Shown: positions 13,622-28,346, counted from the stretch's first letter. The stretch: DNA of 64,000 nt from Eledone cirrhosa (GCA_964016885.1 OZ024741.1:296422001-296486000), one strand, 5' to 3'. Translations and numbers: made by a program. Notes: generated by a model from the sequence alone, not told the origin.

Positions 13622-14074
13622 TATATGGGTTTTAATCCTAAATCAGTTTAAAGGATAATCAGTGTCCTAAATCTCCCCATATCTGGATAAACCCCCTATT
13701 TATTTCTTGTTTATTTAATCATTAACCTTATGAAATTTCTAAACTAAATCACAATAAAGGGATTATTGGGATTTTTCTTGTTTACTGATTATTATTGTTG
13801 TTCTTGTTTACTGGGTGTTGTTGTTGTGTTTATTTTGTCTTTGTTTTCAGTTTGTTGTTTTTTTAAAAATCTATCTTTGTTAGAGAATTCATTATCATCA
13901 TCATTGTTGTTTTAAAGTCCTCTTTCCATGCTATGATTAGATATTTGTTTTTTGTGTTTGTATACACATGCACACACAAGAGTGTGTATTTACAAGAGTG
14001 TGTTTGCATATGTGTGTTTGCATGTGTGTGTTTGCATGTGTGTGTTTGTGTGCATGTATTTGTGTGTATATAGA

Positions 14075-14400
14075 GGCAGTAAGTTGGCAGAGTCATTAGA
14101 ATGTCAGATAGAATGCTTTGTGGTATTTGTTTCAGCCTTCTACTCTCTAAGGTCAAATCTCACCAAGGCAAACTTTGCCTTTCATCCATTCAAGGTTGAT
14201 GAAAAAAGTACCAGTCTAGTACTGGGGTTGATTCTTCCTTTATGTCTGTTTCTCACTTCCATTCTCCCACTCTTTAACCTTCTCTGGAAAAATTCTGCTG
14301 CATTCAAACCTGGAGAGGGATGAGCTTCACCAAGTTTAAAATGCCCAAGAAACGTTGTATGTCAATATCTAGCCCCCATGACCTCATCAGGAGTTACGAG
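14075..14400 (+). mobile_element. SINE with Nin/Deu-like domain and an extended 3' part; related copies at 24760-25078 (+) and 20641-22065 (-, split)
   Basis: Shared AACTTTGCCTTTCATC...AAAGTACCAGTCT...CTGGAAGAAATCTGCTG...AAATGCCC sequence. Confidence 0.75.
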
Positions 14401-14585
14401 TCCATACATGTGTATGTGTGAGTGCTTGCATGTGTGTGGTTTGTGTGTTTGGTTTGTTTCTTGTTTTATCATCATAAAGTCATATTTTCCTCTCCTCTAA
14501 CTGTCAGAGTCACTACATCAGAGGACAAAATACCTTGTGTTATTCGTTCCAGTTCACTGTACTCTAGAATTTAAATTCCCCCTAG

Positions 14586-14826
14586 GTGCATGGCCTAGTG
14601 GTAAGGGTGTTGGACTTATGATCATAATGCCATGGGTTTGATTCCTTGACTGAGTTGTGACCTTTTGAGCAACGTTGCTCCAGTATACTCAGCTGAAAAT
14701 GAGTACTAGCAATAGCTGGGGGTTTAACCTGGAATACGGGGGAGTCTTGTACTCTCAGTTACTTCACGCCATGGAAGCCGGGACAAACACCAGCCTGATG
14801 AGACTCCGGGCTTGAGACAGACTTTA
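14586..14826 (+). mobile_element. tRNA-derived SINE (V/Meta-like domain); related copies at ~12730-12860, 17575-17890 and 26805-27100 (-)
   Basis: A-box TGGCCTAGTGGTAAGG, B-box-like GGTTTGATTCC, TTGAGCAA...TTGCTCCAGTATACTCAGCTG...AATGAGTAC. Confidence 0.75.
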
Positions 14827-15389
14827 GAATTTTGTTTTAGAGCTCAACTTTGCATTTCTTCTTTTCTCGGATCTGCATTTAGTCCATGGAACATATTTAC
14901 TGCAGAGAGAACTGTGACATATGTTGACTAGACTTTCATTTAAATAACAAGGATACAGAGTAAGAGACATTAACTTAGTATTATATCAGCATTAACAACT
15001 GATGAGGCTCACTTTCTCTTTATATATATATATAAGTATAATTTTATTTATTCAGTTTCTTGTGGCATACCTATGATGGTTCAGCATTATTTGCTGAGCT
15101 TCTTCTGAAAAGTTTTGCATGTTATCCAAGTCTCTCATGTATATAGTTAACAGAAAGAATTCCTCATTTCATTGTCTACAACTTTGCTAACAGTGACACC
15201 ATTGTGATTATAGATAACACTATAATTGAGAGAAACAAATAGAAGCTGTGGAGTTGAAAGGGTGTTACTTACATCTTCCTGGCATGCTCTGTACTTGGTA
15301 AATACATCCTCATATGTGTCAGCAACTAGAGAGAGAGAGAGTGAGAGAGAGTGAGAGAGAATCATCAAGTGGTGTTAGTGGACAATGGT

Positions 15390-15577
15390 TTGTTTACAGG
15401 ATAGATAGATAGATAGATATGTTTCTTTTATTTGCCACCAGGGCATCAAAAGTGGGACAAGTACAATGGGGGGAGTTTACAAAACAAGGCGTCCTCAATA
15501 AGGAGGCGGCAATAACAATATATAAAAATAAAATAAAATATAACAAAAAATAAAATTTATAACAATAGATAGAGAGA
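15390..15577 (-). mobile_element. Short Tx1-like 3' UTR insertion with a 19-bp target-site duplication
   Basis: GGTGTTAGTGGACAATGGT at 15371-15389 and 15578-15596; the insert resembles the 3' UTR at 10400-10470 and ends in (TATC)n. Confidence 0.75.
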
Positions 15578-16070
15578 GGTGTTAGTGGACAATGGTGGAC
15601 AGTGGCTCTTTTGTGGACCACCAATACAACTTAATGGCAGCCAATGATGTTGACCTGTTTTTATTTTTGAATACTTGTTACTGATGTTTAGAGAGTGGGA
15701 TTGGTCCAGTGCAAGGCCTTTCTTCACTTTGACAGAGAGAGAGAGTGGGGGGGGGGGTTACTATTGACCAGTGATAGGACAGTGGCTTATGTCTGAATGA
15801 TGGGTAGCAACATAAACAATCATCATCAATATCAATGTCCCCACCACCACCATCTTATCTTTACCATCATCCTCAACATCATTATCCCATCATCACCACC
15901 ATCACCACCATCATCACCAACATCATCACCAACATCACCATCATCACCACCATCACCACCATCATCACCACCACCATCCTCAACATCATTATCCCATCAT
16001 CACCACCATCACCACCATCATCACCAACATCACCACCATCATCACCACCATCATCACCACCATCATCACA

Positions 16071-16732
16071 CACACACACATTTATAGTCAAGAGATATAT
16101 ATTCAAAATGTGCTACTAATAATCTTCCCTGTTATCTATTTCTATTTTCTGCAATAATTATAAACATTATCATACATATACACTCACAAATACACATACA
16201 TACACACACACACTCACATGTACACACACACACACACACACAAGTACACACATACATACACACTCACAAGTACACATACATGTACACTCATACATATACA
16301 TTCACACACAAGTACACACATACATATACACTCACAAGTACACATACATGTACACTCATACATATACATTCACACACAAGTACACACATACATATACACT
16401 CACAAGTACACATACATGTACACTCATACATATACATTCACACACAAGTACACACATACATATACACTCACAAGTACACATACATGTACACTCATACATA
16501 TACATTCACACACAAGTACACACATACATATACACTCACAAGTACACATACATACACACATGTATACACATTCATATATACACACACAAGTACACACACA
16601 CATACATGTACACACACACACATACATATACACACTCACACACACACATTTATAGTCAAGAGATATATATTCAAAATGTGCTACTAACAATCTTTCCCGT
16701 TATCTATTTCTATTTTCTGCAATAATTATAAA
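16071..16732. repeat. ~93-bp direct repeats flanking a 68-bp-unit CA-rich minisatellite
   Basis: CATTTATAGTCAAGAGATATATATTC occurs at ~16079 and ~16647; TGTACACTCA recurs at 16281, 16349, 16417 and 16485. Confidence 0.85.
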
Positions 16733-19448
16733 TATTATCTACTATCTTTGTGAGTGAGTGAGTGTGTGTGAGTGTGTGGGTTGTCATTTAATAAATTAAT
16801 TATCAAAAGCACACACACACACATGAAACACATGCATGTATGTATCTAAATATATATATATTATATATATACACACACACACTCGTGTATGTATATATAT
16901 ATATATACATACGCTGTAAATGCGGTTGGTGTTAGGAAGGGCATCCAGCTTTAAAATCCCTGGCCAAACTTACAGTCCTGTCAGAGCAAGGTATGGCCTG
17001 GCCAATTCTGGCCAGACTTGTCTCCCGACATGGATGACCCCCTCTAATTCATGCAAGCATGGAAAAATGGAAGCCAAACGGTGATGATGATGATGATGCA
17101 CGTGCTTACACAGATAAGATGGTAATTAGGAATAAAATTTAGTGTGTGGAAGAATGTCTATATGTGATGCATATGGATAATAATTGTTGGTTGAAGAAGC
17201 GCCATGAGTTACCAGTGGAAGGAAGCAATGCTGGAAAAGACCTGTCCAACCCATGTAAGCATGATGATGATGAGGAGGATGATACCTCATTATAATGTTT
17301 ATATCCACCCTGTATGTCTGTGATTCCTGTTAAATCTCTAAATCTCACCATTCCATCTAAATTATTCAGGTCTCTGAATTCCATTAAGAATCTTCAAAAA
17401 GTTATTTCTGTGCTTACAGCTGGAAACATTTTTCTTCTTATTTCTAATGCAGCAAAACTTTGTTACATATTTTGGTAGATATGTTGTTGTTTAGCCCCAG
17501 GTCTGTCCTGATCCATTTAACCTAGGATCAAAGATGTTCCAACTGTGTCCACCTGATCTATTTAAATAGCGAAGGTATGTGGCTTTGTGGTTAGGGTGTT
17601 TGGCTCATGATTGTAAGGTTGTGAGGTTGATTCCCAGCAACGTGTTATGTTCTTGAGCAAGACACTTTATTTCACATTGCTCCAGTACACTCAGCTGGGA
17701 AAAATGAGTTGTAATTGGAAGGGCCAGCCTTGTCACATTCTGTATCATGCCGAATCTCACTGAGAATTACGTTAAGGGTACACACGTCTGTGGAATGCTC
17801 AGCTACTTGCACTTCAATTTCACGAGTATGTTGTTCCGTTGATCAGATCAACTGGAACACTCGTCGTCATAACCGATGGAGTGCCAGTAAGTAATCTAGG
17901 ACTACATTAGCTAATGTATAGTACACAGGTTCTCAACCCATTTAGGCTAAACTCAAAACGCCCCCCTACCCTATTTTTCCATATACTACTTATTTTGATA
18001 TCAGTAGATTACTAAAAAAATTGATTAACAATATTCCAAAGATACCATTGCAGGCAGTTAAGAGTATAAATACATTCCTTGAAAGGAAGTATATAAATTT
18101 CAAAAACATAAATGTTCTTTTTTATGAATAAGGATCAGTTGAATTTGTTATATTCCCACTAGGCGATGCCAGCTATTTTGGACATTTATACAAGAACAAC
18201 TCTGTCTATCCAAAGAGTGCTCTTATCTGGAAGTGGCAATTATATCATTTCAAAGCTTTCCAATTTTCCCTTTAATGAAACGGACAGAATAAATGTTGAT
18301 ATCTAACTTGATGTCCCCTATGCTTTGTGAGCTTAGAGACCACAGAAGAGGGTTTTCATGACCACGCAGGAGGGTATATTTATTAATAAATGGTAAAATA
18401 TATACAACAAATGAGTAAGTGAATTGTAGTAGATGGTTTCCAGTCCAGTCAGACTGCAACTACAAATAAAAAAATTGTTAGTTTCTTCGTAACAATAGCA
18501 TAGCCAAGTTTTCGGATAAATTGACTTATTTTAACTTTGACCTCATTTCAATGGGACCCTTGAGCTTCATGGAGTCAGGCTGAATTTTCATAAGATGTAG
18601 CCGGAGATCTCCACATGTAATTACATTGTAGCGGTTGCAAGCCTTACTGTGCAGTCTGGAAACCCCCTCTCGACTAAGTATGAGCTTGGAAAAGGCAGAG
18701 CAAATCTCTTAGCCTCTGCATGTAGGAGTAGAAATTGGCGCTGAATTTCCTCTTGCATCCCAAAAAGGGGTTCAACTATTTTGGAAAATCTAATTTTGAT
18801 CATGTCATCTGTTTGAGTTCAATGAATTCTTCCTGAAATTTAACATCCAAATCGTCGACATTAGCTATGAAGAGATCTGCTATCTACATTGGGATGTCCA
18901 TCTGCAAAAGGTTGACAGACCGCTCTCTCAATAAAGATTCCTTTCGATGACATACAATTGGCCAGAAATGTTTTCAAAGCATTCCTTGCTTTAAGCAAGG
19001 TGATCTTCTCCCCTTGCAAAGCCATAATGAGGCTATTGTATTTGTCGAAGATAGTCTTGCCTCACATTGAGGGTTTTCTTGTTCATATCTGTGTTGCGTC
19101 CTCAAAGAAACTCAATGATAGAGTCGAACAGTTCAAAGAAGTGAGTAAGGCACTTGCCCTTTGAGAGCCACCTCACTTCAGTATGAAGGAGCAACTCGAA
19201 TTCTTCATCATTATCTTGGCACAGTTGCTGGAAAATTCCTTCATTGAAGGCATGGCATTTGATAAAATTGATGACATCAATGGTCACTTGCAAAGACTTG
19301 CTTAGCGGCTCGCTGAGTTTCTTTGCAGCCAAGTGTTGTCGATGAATGACACAATGAACAGCAAATACAGATGGATTTTCTCTCTTCAGAAGAGTGATGA
19401 AACCCTTATGTTGGCTGGCTATTGCTCCATCTGTAGCACATGAAACAA

Positions 19449-19968
19449 TGTGCTGTATGTGGTCCTAGAGATATGTATTACTTGCCTGTGTGTTGTATGT
19501 GGTCCCAGATTTGTGTGCTACCTGCTTATGTATTGCATGTGGTCCCAGCTGTATGTGTTACCTGTTTGTGTGTTGTATGTGGTCCTAGATGTATGTATTA
19601 CCTGCTTATGTGTTGTATGTGGTCCTAGATGTATGTATTACCTACCTGTGTGTTATATCTGGTCCTAGATGTGTGTATTACCTGCTTGTGTGTTGTATGT
19701 GGTCCTAGATGAGTGTACTACCTGCTTGTGTGTTGTATATGGTTCCAGATGTATGTATTACCTGCTTATGTGTTGCATGTGGTCCCAGATGTATGTATTA
19801 CCTGCCTGTGTGTTGTATGTGATCCGAGATGTGTGTGCTACCTCCTTATGCATTTTATGTGGTCCTAGATCTATGTATTATCTGCTTATGTGTTGTATGT
19901 GGTCTTAGATGTATGTATTACCTGCTTATGTGTTGTATGTGGTCCTAGATGTGTGTGCTACCCGCTGT
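19449..19968. repeat. 40-bp minisatellite, ~13 copies, inside the hAT element
   Basis: GTGGTCC or a variant recurs every 40 bp from 19459 to 19939. Confidence 0.92.
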
Positions 19969-20060
19969 GTTTTTTCTTTTCTGTTTTCCTTTTCCTTTTT
20001 TTTTTATTTGTAATATTTTATACAATAGGGAATGAAATAGTGTCAACTCATTACGGTTGA

Positions 20061-20323
20061 GTCAATAATTTCAGACATGAAGTACATTGTTATCGGTGAA
20101 AGAGAGATGAGATTCTAACTGGCTGCGCTCAAAGTATCCTTGATCCATTGACTGTGGCTTTTTCTATTTTTAGGATCTCAATTGCCGGTTAAGTCAATAA
20201 TTTCAGACATGAAGTACATTGTTATCGGTGAAAGAGAGACGAGATTCTAACTGGCTGCGCTCAAAGTATCCTTGATCCATTGACTGTGGCTTTTTCTATT
20301 TTTAGGATCTCAATTGCCGGTTA
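20061..20323. repeat. 132-bp tandem duplication inside the hAT element
   Basis: GTCAATAATTTCAGACATGAAG at 20061 and 20193. Confidence 0.92.
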
Positions 20324-20759
20324 ATGTCTAGACAAGCGTGCACACTTGCTTGCAGCTGCAGCCAGACCATAGTTATCCTGTCTGCATGCTCATTCAAATG
20401 CATTCACACTGGCTGTCTCAGAGATGTACAAATATGGCCTTCTAGCACCTCCAAACGCTCCCTTGCTCCAAAACGAACCCCTGGAGTTCCAAAATGCCCC
20501 CCCCCCTCCCCGTTGAGAACCTTTAGTATAGTATATTAGTTAGTATTAGTGATTATAGCTGTTGTTTAGATCTAGCTGACCTGTTCCAGCCATGACCATC
20601 TCAGCTTTTATTCAGACATTGTGTATCTAGAACTATGTTATCCTGTCACTCCTGATAGGGTCGTAGGGGCACCATATTGACATACAGCGTTTCTTGGGCA
20701 TTTTAAGCCTGGCAGAGCTCATCCCTCTCCAAGTCTGAGTACAGCAGATTTCTTCCAGA

Positions 20760-21860
20760 CTAGCTTTGCCGGAGTATCTTTCGTCGGTAACCTCATGCCA
20801 CGTCCTCGTCAGCAGGGTTCTTCAAAACACAACAGAACCCTCTGTGTTCAGAGAACGTGAGGCCGCCTATGAGACGTGGGACCGGCTGGGACTTAGCCCA
20901 ATAGATGTCCCTCCTCCTCCTCCCCCTGTTGACGTCAAGACCCCCCAACGCACTTGGGAGGTCATCCAGTGCAGCCTGGCCTCAGACAGGCTCACGCTCC
21001 AGCTCGACCAGCACCGCCTTTCTTGTTTTTGTGCAGCCTCCAAACCCCACAGTGGTGCCTGGCTCCATGCCCTGCCCTCCTTCTCCACTGGCACGCAGCT
21101 AGACAACCATAGCCTACATATCGGCGTTTCCCTGAGGCTCAGCCTCCGGATGTGTCAGTCACACCAATGTCGCTGCGGTTCCACCGTGGACTCTTTCGGC
21201 CTCCACCCGCTTTGCTGTTGCCACAGTGCCAGCCTCATTCCACGCCATGCTGCTCTCAACGAGGTCATTAAGCATGGCTTGGAAGCTGCAGGCTTCCCTT
21301 CCCAGTTCAAGCCGGTGGGGCTGGATTGAGGGGACGGCAAAGGCCAGATGGCATGACCATCTTCCCGTTCCGCAGCGGCAAACCCCTCGTCTGGGATGCC
21401 ACTTGCATCAACACTTTCTGCAGCCGCAACCTGGTGCAGTCCGCGACTGACCCATGTTCTGCTGAAAGTCGGGCTGAGGGGGCCAAACTCCTCAAATACC
21501 GGTCGCTCCCCGACAGGTTTGCAGTCATACCCCTGGTAGTGGAGACTTCTGGTGTCCTCGGCCCCAGAGCTACCTCCTTACTCACCACCATAGGCACTGA
21601 GCTGGCCAGCTGCAGGTGTGAGCCCCGCGAGTTGGAGTAGCTTTTCCAGTGCGTTTCCCTTGCCGTCCTCCGGGGAAACGCCTTCTCCATTCTGTCTGCC
21701 TGGGCTGTGGGTGGGCCCGATCGCGTACCGTTGTTGTATACAGATATGAACTCATCAATCCCATTATGTTTTTCACTATCTATGTTAGTTCTTTATTCAG
21801 ATTTGTAAGATAACATTATTAATTTTACATAGCTGTTCATATTAAAACAAAACAATATTA
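20760..21860 (+). mobile_element. CRE-like non-LTR retrotransposon 3' fragment (Zn knuckle plus restriction-like endonuclease), frameshifted
   Basis: AWLHALP, CRCG...HPLCC, RHAALNEVI, RPDGMT...VWDATC, KLLKY, PLVVETSGVLG. Confidence 0.85.
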
Positions 21861-23411
21861 AAGATAGAAAGTGAGAGAGACAAAATGAGAAAGAGATATA
21901 GAGGAAGAATCAACCCCAGTACTAGACTGGTACTTTTTTTTATCAACCTTGAAAAGATGAAAAGCAAAGTTGACCTCAACAGTATTTGAACTCAGAGAGC
22001 AGAGAGCCAGAACAAATGCCATAAAGCATTCTATCTGACGTTCTAATGGCTGCCAATTCACTGCCTATCTAATGTATAGTATAGTAATTAGTATTAGTGG
22101 ATATGGATGTTGTTTACAAACACATCAGTCCTGAACCAGCTGATGTATGACCAACAGTGTTCTAGCCAAGGCCATTCCATCGTCTATTCAGTCATAGTTT
22201 ACTTAGCGCTACACTTTCTCTTCTTCACCCATGTATTCCTAGGAGGGTCATGGAGTCAGAGTCCTCAAACACTCCTAGTTGGTCCTGCTTGAAGCAACCC
22301 TTTCCAATTGATTTGGTTAGATACCCAAGCAAGACCAGCTGAGCTCAAGGATGTTTTCCGATCATTTTACTCAGGATCTACCCCTGGGTCTCCTGCTAGT
22401 TGGTTTTGCACATAAAATCTGTCCAGCAATTCTTTCCCCAAGACATTTGAAACATATGTCAGTAATATCGAAGCTGTGATCTTTCAATTCAGAGAAGTAA
22501 CGGCTCTACCTAGAGTGCCTCTCTAATCTTTGAGCTAAGCACTCTATTGAGTAAAGTTACTCCAAGTTACTTCAGAGGAACCCTATTTTTGCCGCTTGCA
22601 TTTGTAATCATATTCTTTTGATCATTACACTTTCTTTTTAAGAAATTATAAATGTGTAAATTGGGGGAGATTTAGCTACAACTTCAAAAAAAATCCAGCA
22701 ACTACATCAGCAACCCTCCATTGGTTTGTGTTACCTAATTTGGCAATTACTCAATGTATTTTTAGCACTTTTTATTTCTATATTTCCTTTATTTACAGTT
22801 TGTTTCATCCTAAGTACATTTTGTTTTCCGCTCTCATTGCCAGAGTCATTAGCACGTGACAAAATGTCTTATGATATTTGTCCCAGCTTACTGCACACTT
22901 AAGTTTAAATCTCATTGAGGTCAATTTTACCTTTCATCGTTTCAAGGTGGATAAAATAAAGTACCAGTTTATAGTGGTGGATTGGCAGTATTGTTAGAGC
23001 ATGATTATATTAATGTGTTCCAGGTCTTTGCATTTGAAGTTCAGATCTTTCTTAATGGAACAATCAGACACTTAGATGCTTTTAGTAGAGTTCATTCCGT
23101 TGGAAGCATTCAGATGAGGTCTGAAGTTTGAGGATAACCCCACTTTTTCTCTCTCTCTCACACCAGTCTCAGTGAAAAGGGAAAACTAAAGAAGGGACAT
23201 GCTCTGGCCTTCACTCTCTATTGCTTTTTTCCAGCAGTACTCTATGTTATTGTTTATCTTTTTTCATGTTTTTCTGGTTGTTTTTATATCCTGTATAAAT
23301 ACAATAAACTAATAATATATCTGACATAAATGTGTGTGTGTGTGTGCATATATGTATATGTGTTTGTATGTGCATATATGTATATGTGTTTGTATGTTTT
23401 TATGCGCGCGC

Positions 23412-23486
<75 letters not shown>

Positions 23487-24416
23487 TTTCATCCTTCTCT
23501 CATAATTTTGAGTTTATTTTTTTGACTGGGCACCTTCTCAGTAGCAAGGCTGTAAAGAAATGGAAGCATTTATCTTTTGAATTGTAAGAGTGTTTTACAC
23601 ATTTTGAAGATATTGTGGCCATTTGTTGCTTGAGAATTAAAGAGCTGCATTCTTTCTTCTCAAATCCAAGTTCAGTCATACTCTGTTGGAACTAAATCTT
23701 ACCACTCCATCAGAAATATTTGTTTCTGAATTTTATTAATCTAGAAACCCTTTAAAATTATCTCTAAATTTAAGGCAAATAAGTGTATTATTTCCACAAT
23801 TTTTAACAAAAAGAACAAACATTTGAACTAATTTGATGATTTCTCACTATGTCAACAAATTACCTGCTTTAACAGCATTTTTAAAAAATGTAATTCTATT
23901 TTTTAAAATGCAATTCCATTTTTTTAAAAATGCAATTCTACTTTTTAAAAATGTAATTCCATTTTACCGAAAAAATATTTTATAAAATCTTCTGTTAATC
24001 CTTTTGAAACCAAACAAAACTATTCACTTTCAAATGTTTATATTTATCTAAAAATGTCCATCATAATTTTATATAAGCACCTTTGTTAAGTTATTTTCCA
24101 AACACCAGCTTAATAATGAGAAAGTTAGTTATATTACTAAATCCTTCCATATCCTTTTCCAAATTATTTACTAAGGGAATTAAAAATCATATGTCAGTGC
24201 CTATCATTAGAAATATGGTAACTAAATGGTTAACAAATTTTTTCTACAGATTGAATAAATTACTGGATCCATGGTAATGCCCTTTAGTTCTATTCTGATG
24301 CATAAATTTATAGATCTTTACAATATTGTTTCACTATGTTAAATATTTTTGGTACTGATTAACAGCTCACTAGGTAAACTGTACCTTATACATGTGGTAG
24401 ATATTTACATCTAGGT

Positions 24417-24734
24417 CAGTGGTTCCCAACCTTTTGTGGCCCATGCCCCACCTAAACATCTCAAACATTTGTATGCTCCATTTTGATATAAAAGCAACGA
24501 TGATCAACTATAAAGTGTAAGCAAGTTGGTGTATGGGTGATGCCAGATGCACAATAACATGTGGAGGAGGTGAGACAGGAGTTTCCCACAATAATTTGTT
24601 CCAAAGTTGCCTTGGTGTAAAAGTAGTAAGGCAAAACCTGAAGTTTGCTCTCATTAACATCATTTTCAAATTGCCCCTCTTGAATATTCCAATTGCTCCC
24701 CTGTGGGTTGTGTGCTCCATGTTGGAAATCACTG
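24417..24734. mobile_element. hAT MITE with an 8-bp TSD
   Basis: TIRs CAGTGGTTCCCAAC / GTTGGAAATCACTG; TSD ATCTAGGT at 24409-24416 and 24735-24742. Confidence 0.9.
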
Positions 24735-26669
24735 ATCTAGGTAGACTGTACCTTGATGGTGGTGAATTGGCAGAGTCATTAGAACATCGGATAGAATTAT
24801 TTGTGGTATTCGTTTCAGTTCTCTGAGTTCAAATCCTGCCGAGGTCAACTTTGCTTTTCATCTATTTGAAGTTGATAAAAAAAGTACCAGTCTCGTATTG
24901 GAGTCGATTCTTCCTCTATCTCTTTATCACTTCCTACCTCTCACTTTCTATCCTTCTCTGGAAGAAATCTGCTGTATTCAAAATTGGAGAGGAGATGGGC
25001 TCTGCCAGGCTTAAAAAATGCCCTTAAGAAACGCCATATGTTAATACAGCCCCTAGGACACCATCAAGAGTTACAAGATATAGAGAGACTGTACCTTATA
25101 CATGTAATAAATCTTCATATCAAGGTAGACTGAATCACCTACATGTTCTACATACAGTTAATTAGACAGTAACTAATGCGAGCTAGCAATAACAGACATC
25201 ACTATGGAAATGGTGGAACATTAAGAAATTGGATGTATGACTGTGTATACATGCATTCATGTATACACATACATTCATGTAGTTTATGTGTGCATAACAG
25301 TGTATACTAACATATATATAAACCTACATGTTTCTGTATATATATATATATTTCATCTCTTTGTGTATGCAAGTGTGTGTGTGTGTGTGTATATATATAT
25401 ATCATCTCTCTGTGTATGTGCATGAGTATTAGTGTGTGTATGCATGTGTTTATACACAGATTCATACCCAAATGCTAAAATCAGTTTAGAAATTCTTGAC
25501 GCATTGCAGCATGAGAAAAATAATTATTTCTATCAAAGTCGTCAGACAAACATCTAATAGAGTCATATTATATATATGGGCGGTAGATTGGCAGTATCGG
25601 TAGAGGGTCTGACGCCATGCTTTGCAGCAAAGAGTTACGTCCCTTTATGGTCTGAGTTCAAATCCTGCTGAGGTTAACTTTGCCTTTCATCCTTACGGGG
25701 TCGATAAAATAAAGTACCAGTAATGTACTGGTTAATTGCTGGCCTTGTGCCAAAAGTAGAAACAATTATATATATATATATATTGACATACACACGCGTC
25801 TACACAACTAAATCTTTTATCTTTAATATATTATCACTGATGAGATAGCTGTAAATATCTTTAAATATATATATATATATAATCATCATCATCATTTAAC
25901 ATTTATTTTCCCTACTAGCAATGGTTGACTGGGTTTTCTTGCTGGGTGCTCAAGCAAGCCAGGGACCTTCACACATTTACAAAATATTCTCACGCTATAC
26001 CAAGTGCATTTTATTGTGTCACCAGCACTAGGGAGGTTGTGATGTCTTAACACAGCTGAAGAGTTTTTACAACCTTTTGTTTGGCAGGTTTTCTATGGAT
26101 AGATGATTTTCCAACCACCAACCCCTTTACAGAGTGTACTCGATGTATTTATCATGGTGCCATGATAAAAAGCACCCAGCCCACACTCTAAAGTGGTCAT
26201 ATTTGTGACATGACAAAAAGTGACCAGTCCACAATGTAAAATGGCCGTTTTGGTGCCATTATAAAAAGTACCCAGTCCAAACTGTAAATATGGTTGGCAT
26301 TAGTAAGAGTATTCAACCATAGAAACCAAACTAGAAACAGTATGAGCATGACACAGTCATCTGATCTGACTTGCCTCACAACAGGATAACACGTCTAATC
26401 CATGATAACATTGACAAATGGACGTTAAACAGTGATGATCACCAACACTAGAGCGGTTGTTATGTCTTTGACGATGATGACAATAATTTCCTACATTGGT
26501 ACATGCCAGAAATTTTGTTGGGTGGGAACACTTTATATCGGCCCAAATATTTGATTGGTTCTTATTTTATTAATACTGAAGGACCCATAAGATCAAGTTG
26601 ACCATGGCAAGGTTTGAACTCAGAGCATAAATCAATCCATACCTTCAAACATTGTTATTACAAAGATAA

Positions 26670-27785
26670 TTCTTGTAATATCCTGAGATATCTCTCTACA
26701 AACTGACCATGTCATAAAGACACAGAGGTCATATAAGGTTGTATATTTCACTGTGTGATATCATAGGGTAGTGATATCTTTGTAATAACTAACCATGTCA
26801 TACAGGTCTAAGTCTAAAGTTTATCTCAAGCCAGGAGGCTCACCAAGCTGGTGTTTATCCCGATTTCATGGCATGAAGCGACAAAGTGCAAGTCTTCCCC
26901 CTGGACAGGACGGCCATCCATCACAGGGTTAACCCCACCCCCTAGCTGTTGCCGGTACTCATTTTCAGCTGAATACACTAGAGCAATGTGAAATGAAGTG
27001 TTTTGCTCAAGAACACAACACACAACCCAGCCCAAGAATCAAACCCACAACATTATGATCATACGTCCAACACCCTTACCACTAGACAACATGCCTCCAC
27101 ATGTTATAGAGATACAGGGGTCAAAGACAGGTCATATATTTTACTATGATGCATCATAATAGAGATGTAATATCCTATGAGATATCTCTGTAATAACTGA
27201 CCATGTAATTGAGATACAGAAGTCAGTGACAGGTTATAAGTTTTACTGTGACATCATAGCAGAGATGTAATATCTCTGTATAAACTAATAGGTCATATAT
27301 TTTACTGTTATATCATTGGGGCTGCTGTAATATCCTATGATGTAGCTCTGTAACAGCTGAGATAGTAATAGTGGTACAGGTGTCAGGGACAAGTCATATA
27401 TTTTACTATGTTATATCATAGCAGAGATGTAATATCCAGTGGGATATCTTTGTAATAAGTGATCCTGTAACAGAGAGACAACGGTCAGACATGTATCATA
27501 TATGTTACTGTCGTATTTAATATCTCCTGAGATACCTCTTAAATAACTGACCATGTAAAGAGGTGAGAGACAGGTCACATATTTTACTATGACATATAGT
27601 AGAGATGTAATATCCAGTGGAATATCTTTGTACAAACTGATAAGTCACATATTTAGTTATAACATATAGCAGAGATATAGTAAGTATCCTTTATGTTGTC
27701 TTTGTATAATTGAAATTATAAGAGAAATAGAGAGGTTATATATATGTCATATAGTTTACTATGTAACATCATAGTGAGATATCTT
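26670..27785. repeat. Old degenerate tandem repeat (units ~65-95 bp) interrupted by a SINE
   Basis: Recurrent GTAATATCC...ATATCT..GTAATAACTGACCATGT...GGTCATATATTTTACT motifs. Confidence 0.7.
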
Positions 27786-27794
27786 CAACATGTA

Positions 27795-28346
27795 CTCTCG
27801 GGTCATGAATAATCGTCCCCACTGGCTTATTAATTTTTAAGATATTTTCCAACCCCCTCCCCACATTTATTCCAACCCCCGCTTATAAAATTTTGCTAAT
27901 CTATCTCTGGCAAAATTTCATTTTAAATGGTAGCATTCTTTATATATTAAAAAACATACATGACAAAAAAAAAAAACATTACTAGAAATGTCATATGTTA
28001 TAAAATAAATAAGATGGGTTGGAGTCTCAATATGTAAACAAAACGACTAATTCTGGTTTTTAAAACAAAATCAAGAGAGACAACCTAGAAAAATTACCAA
28101 TTTTCACCCCCAGCCGCCACTTGTTCCACCCCATTATTTGGGCACTGGATTGGCAGTATCGGTAGAGGGTCAGACGTCATGCTTTGCAGCATAGAGTTAC
28201 GCCCCTTTACAGTCTGAGTTAAAATCTCGCCTAGGTTAACTTTGCCTTTCATCCTTAAGAGGTCAATAAAATAAAGTACCAGTAATGCACTGGGATAATT
28301 GCTGGCCTTGTGCCAAAAGTAGAAACAATTATTTATGACCCGAGAG
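27795..28346 (+). mobile_element. Tc1/mariner-type MITE (TA TSD) with a SINE inserted near its right end
   Basis: TA|CTCTCGGGTCATGAAT ... ATTTATGACCCGAGAG|TA. Confidence 0.8.

Larger units (their letters stand above)
17924..20525 (-). mobile_element. hAT (Buster/Charlie-type) transposon, decayed, with an exact 8-bp TSD
   Basis: TIRs CACAGGTTCTCAAC / GTTGAGAACCTTTA; TSD GTATAGTA at 17916-17923 and 20526-20533. Transposase remnants VHCVIHRQHLAAK, LLLHTEVRWLSKG, FPSSYLVERGF. Confidence 0.92.

Noticed and set aside
14790-14825. CTGATGA in the SINE 3' region as a hammerhead
   Set aside because: No GAAA or stems I/III; the homologous SINE at ~26821 lacks the motif.
25832-25862. CTGATGA-GATA...TATC half hammerhead; similar CTGATGA at 14999, 36974 and 38443
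   Set aside because: No GAAA, stem III or cleavage triplet follows; at most truncated remnants.
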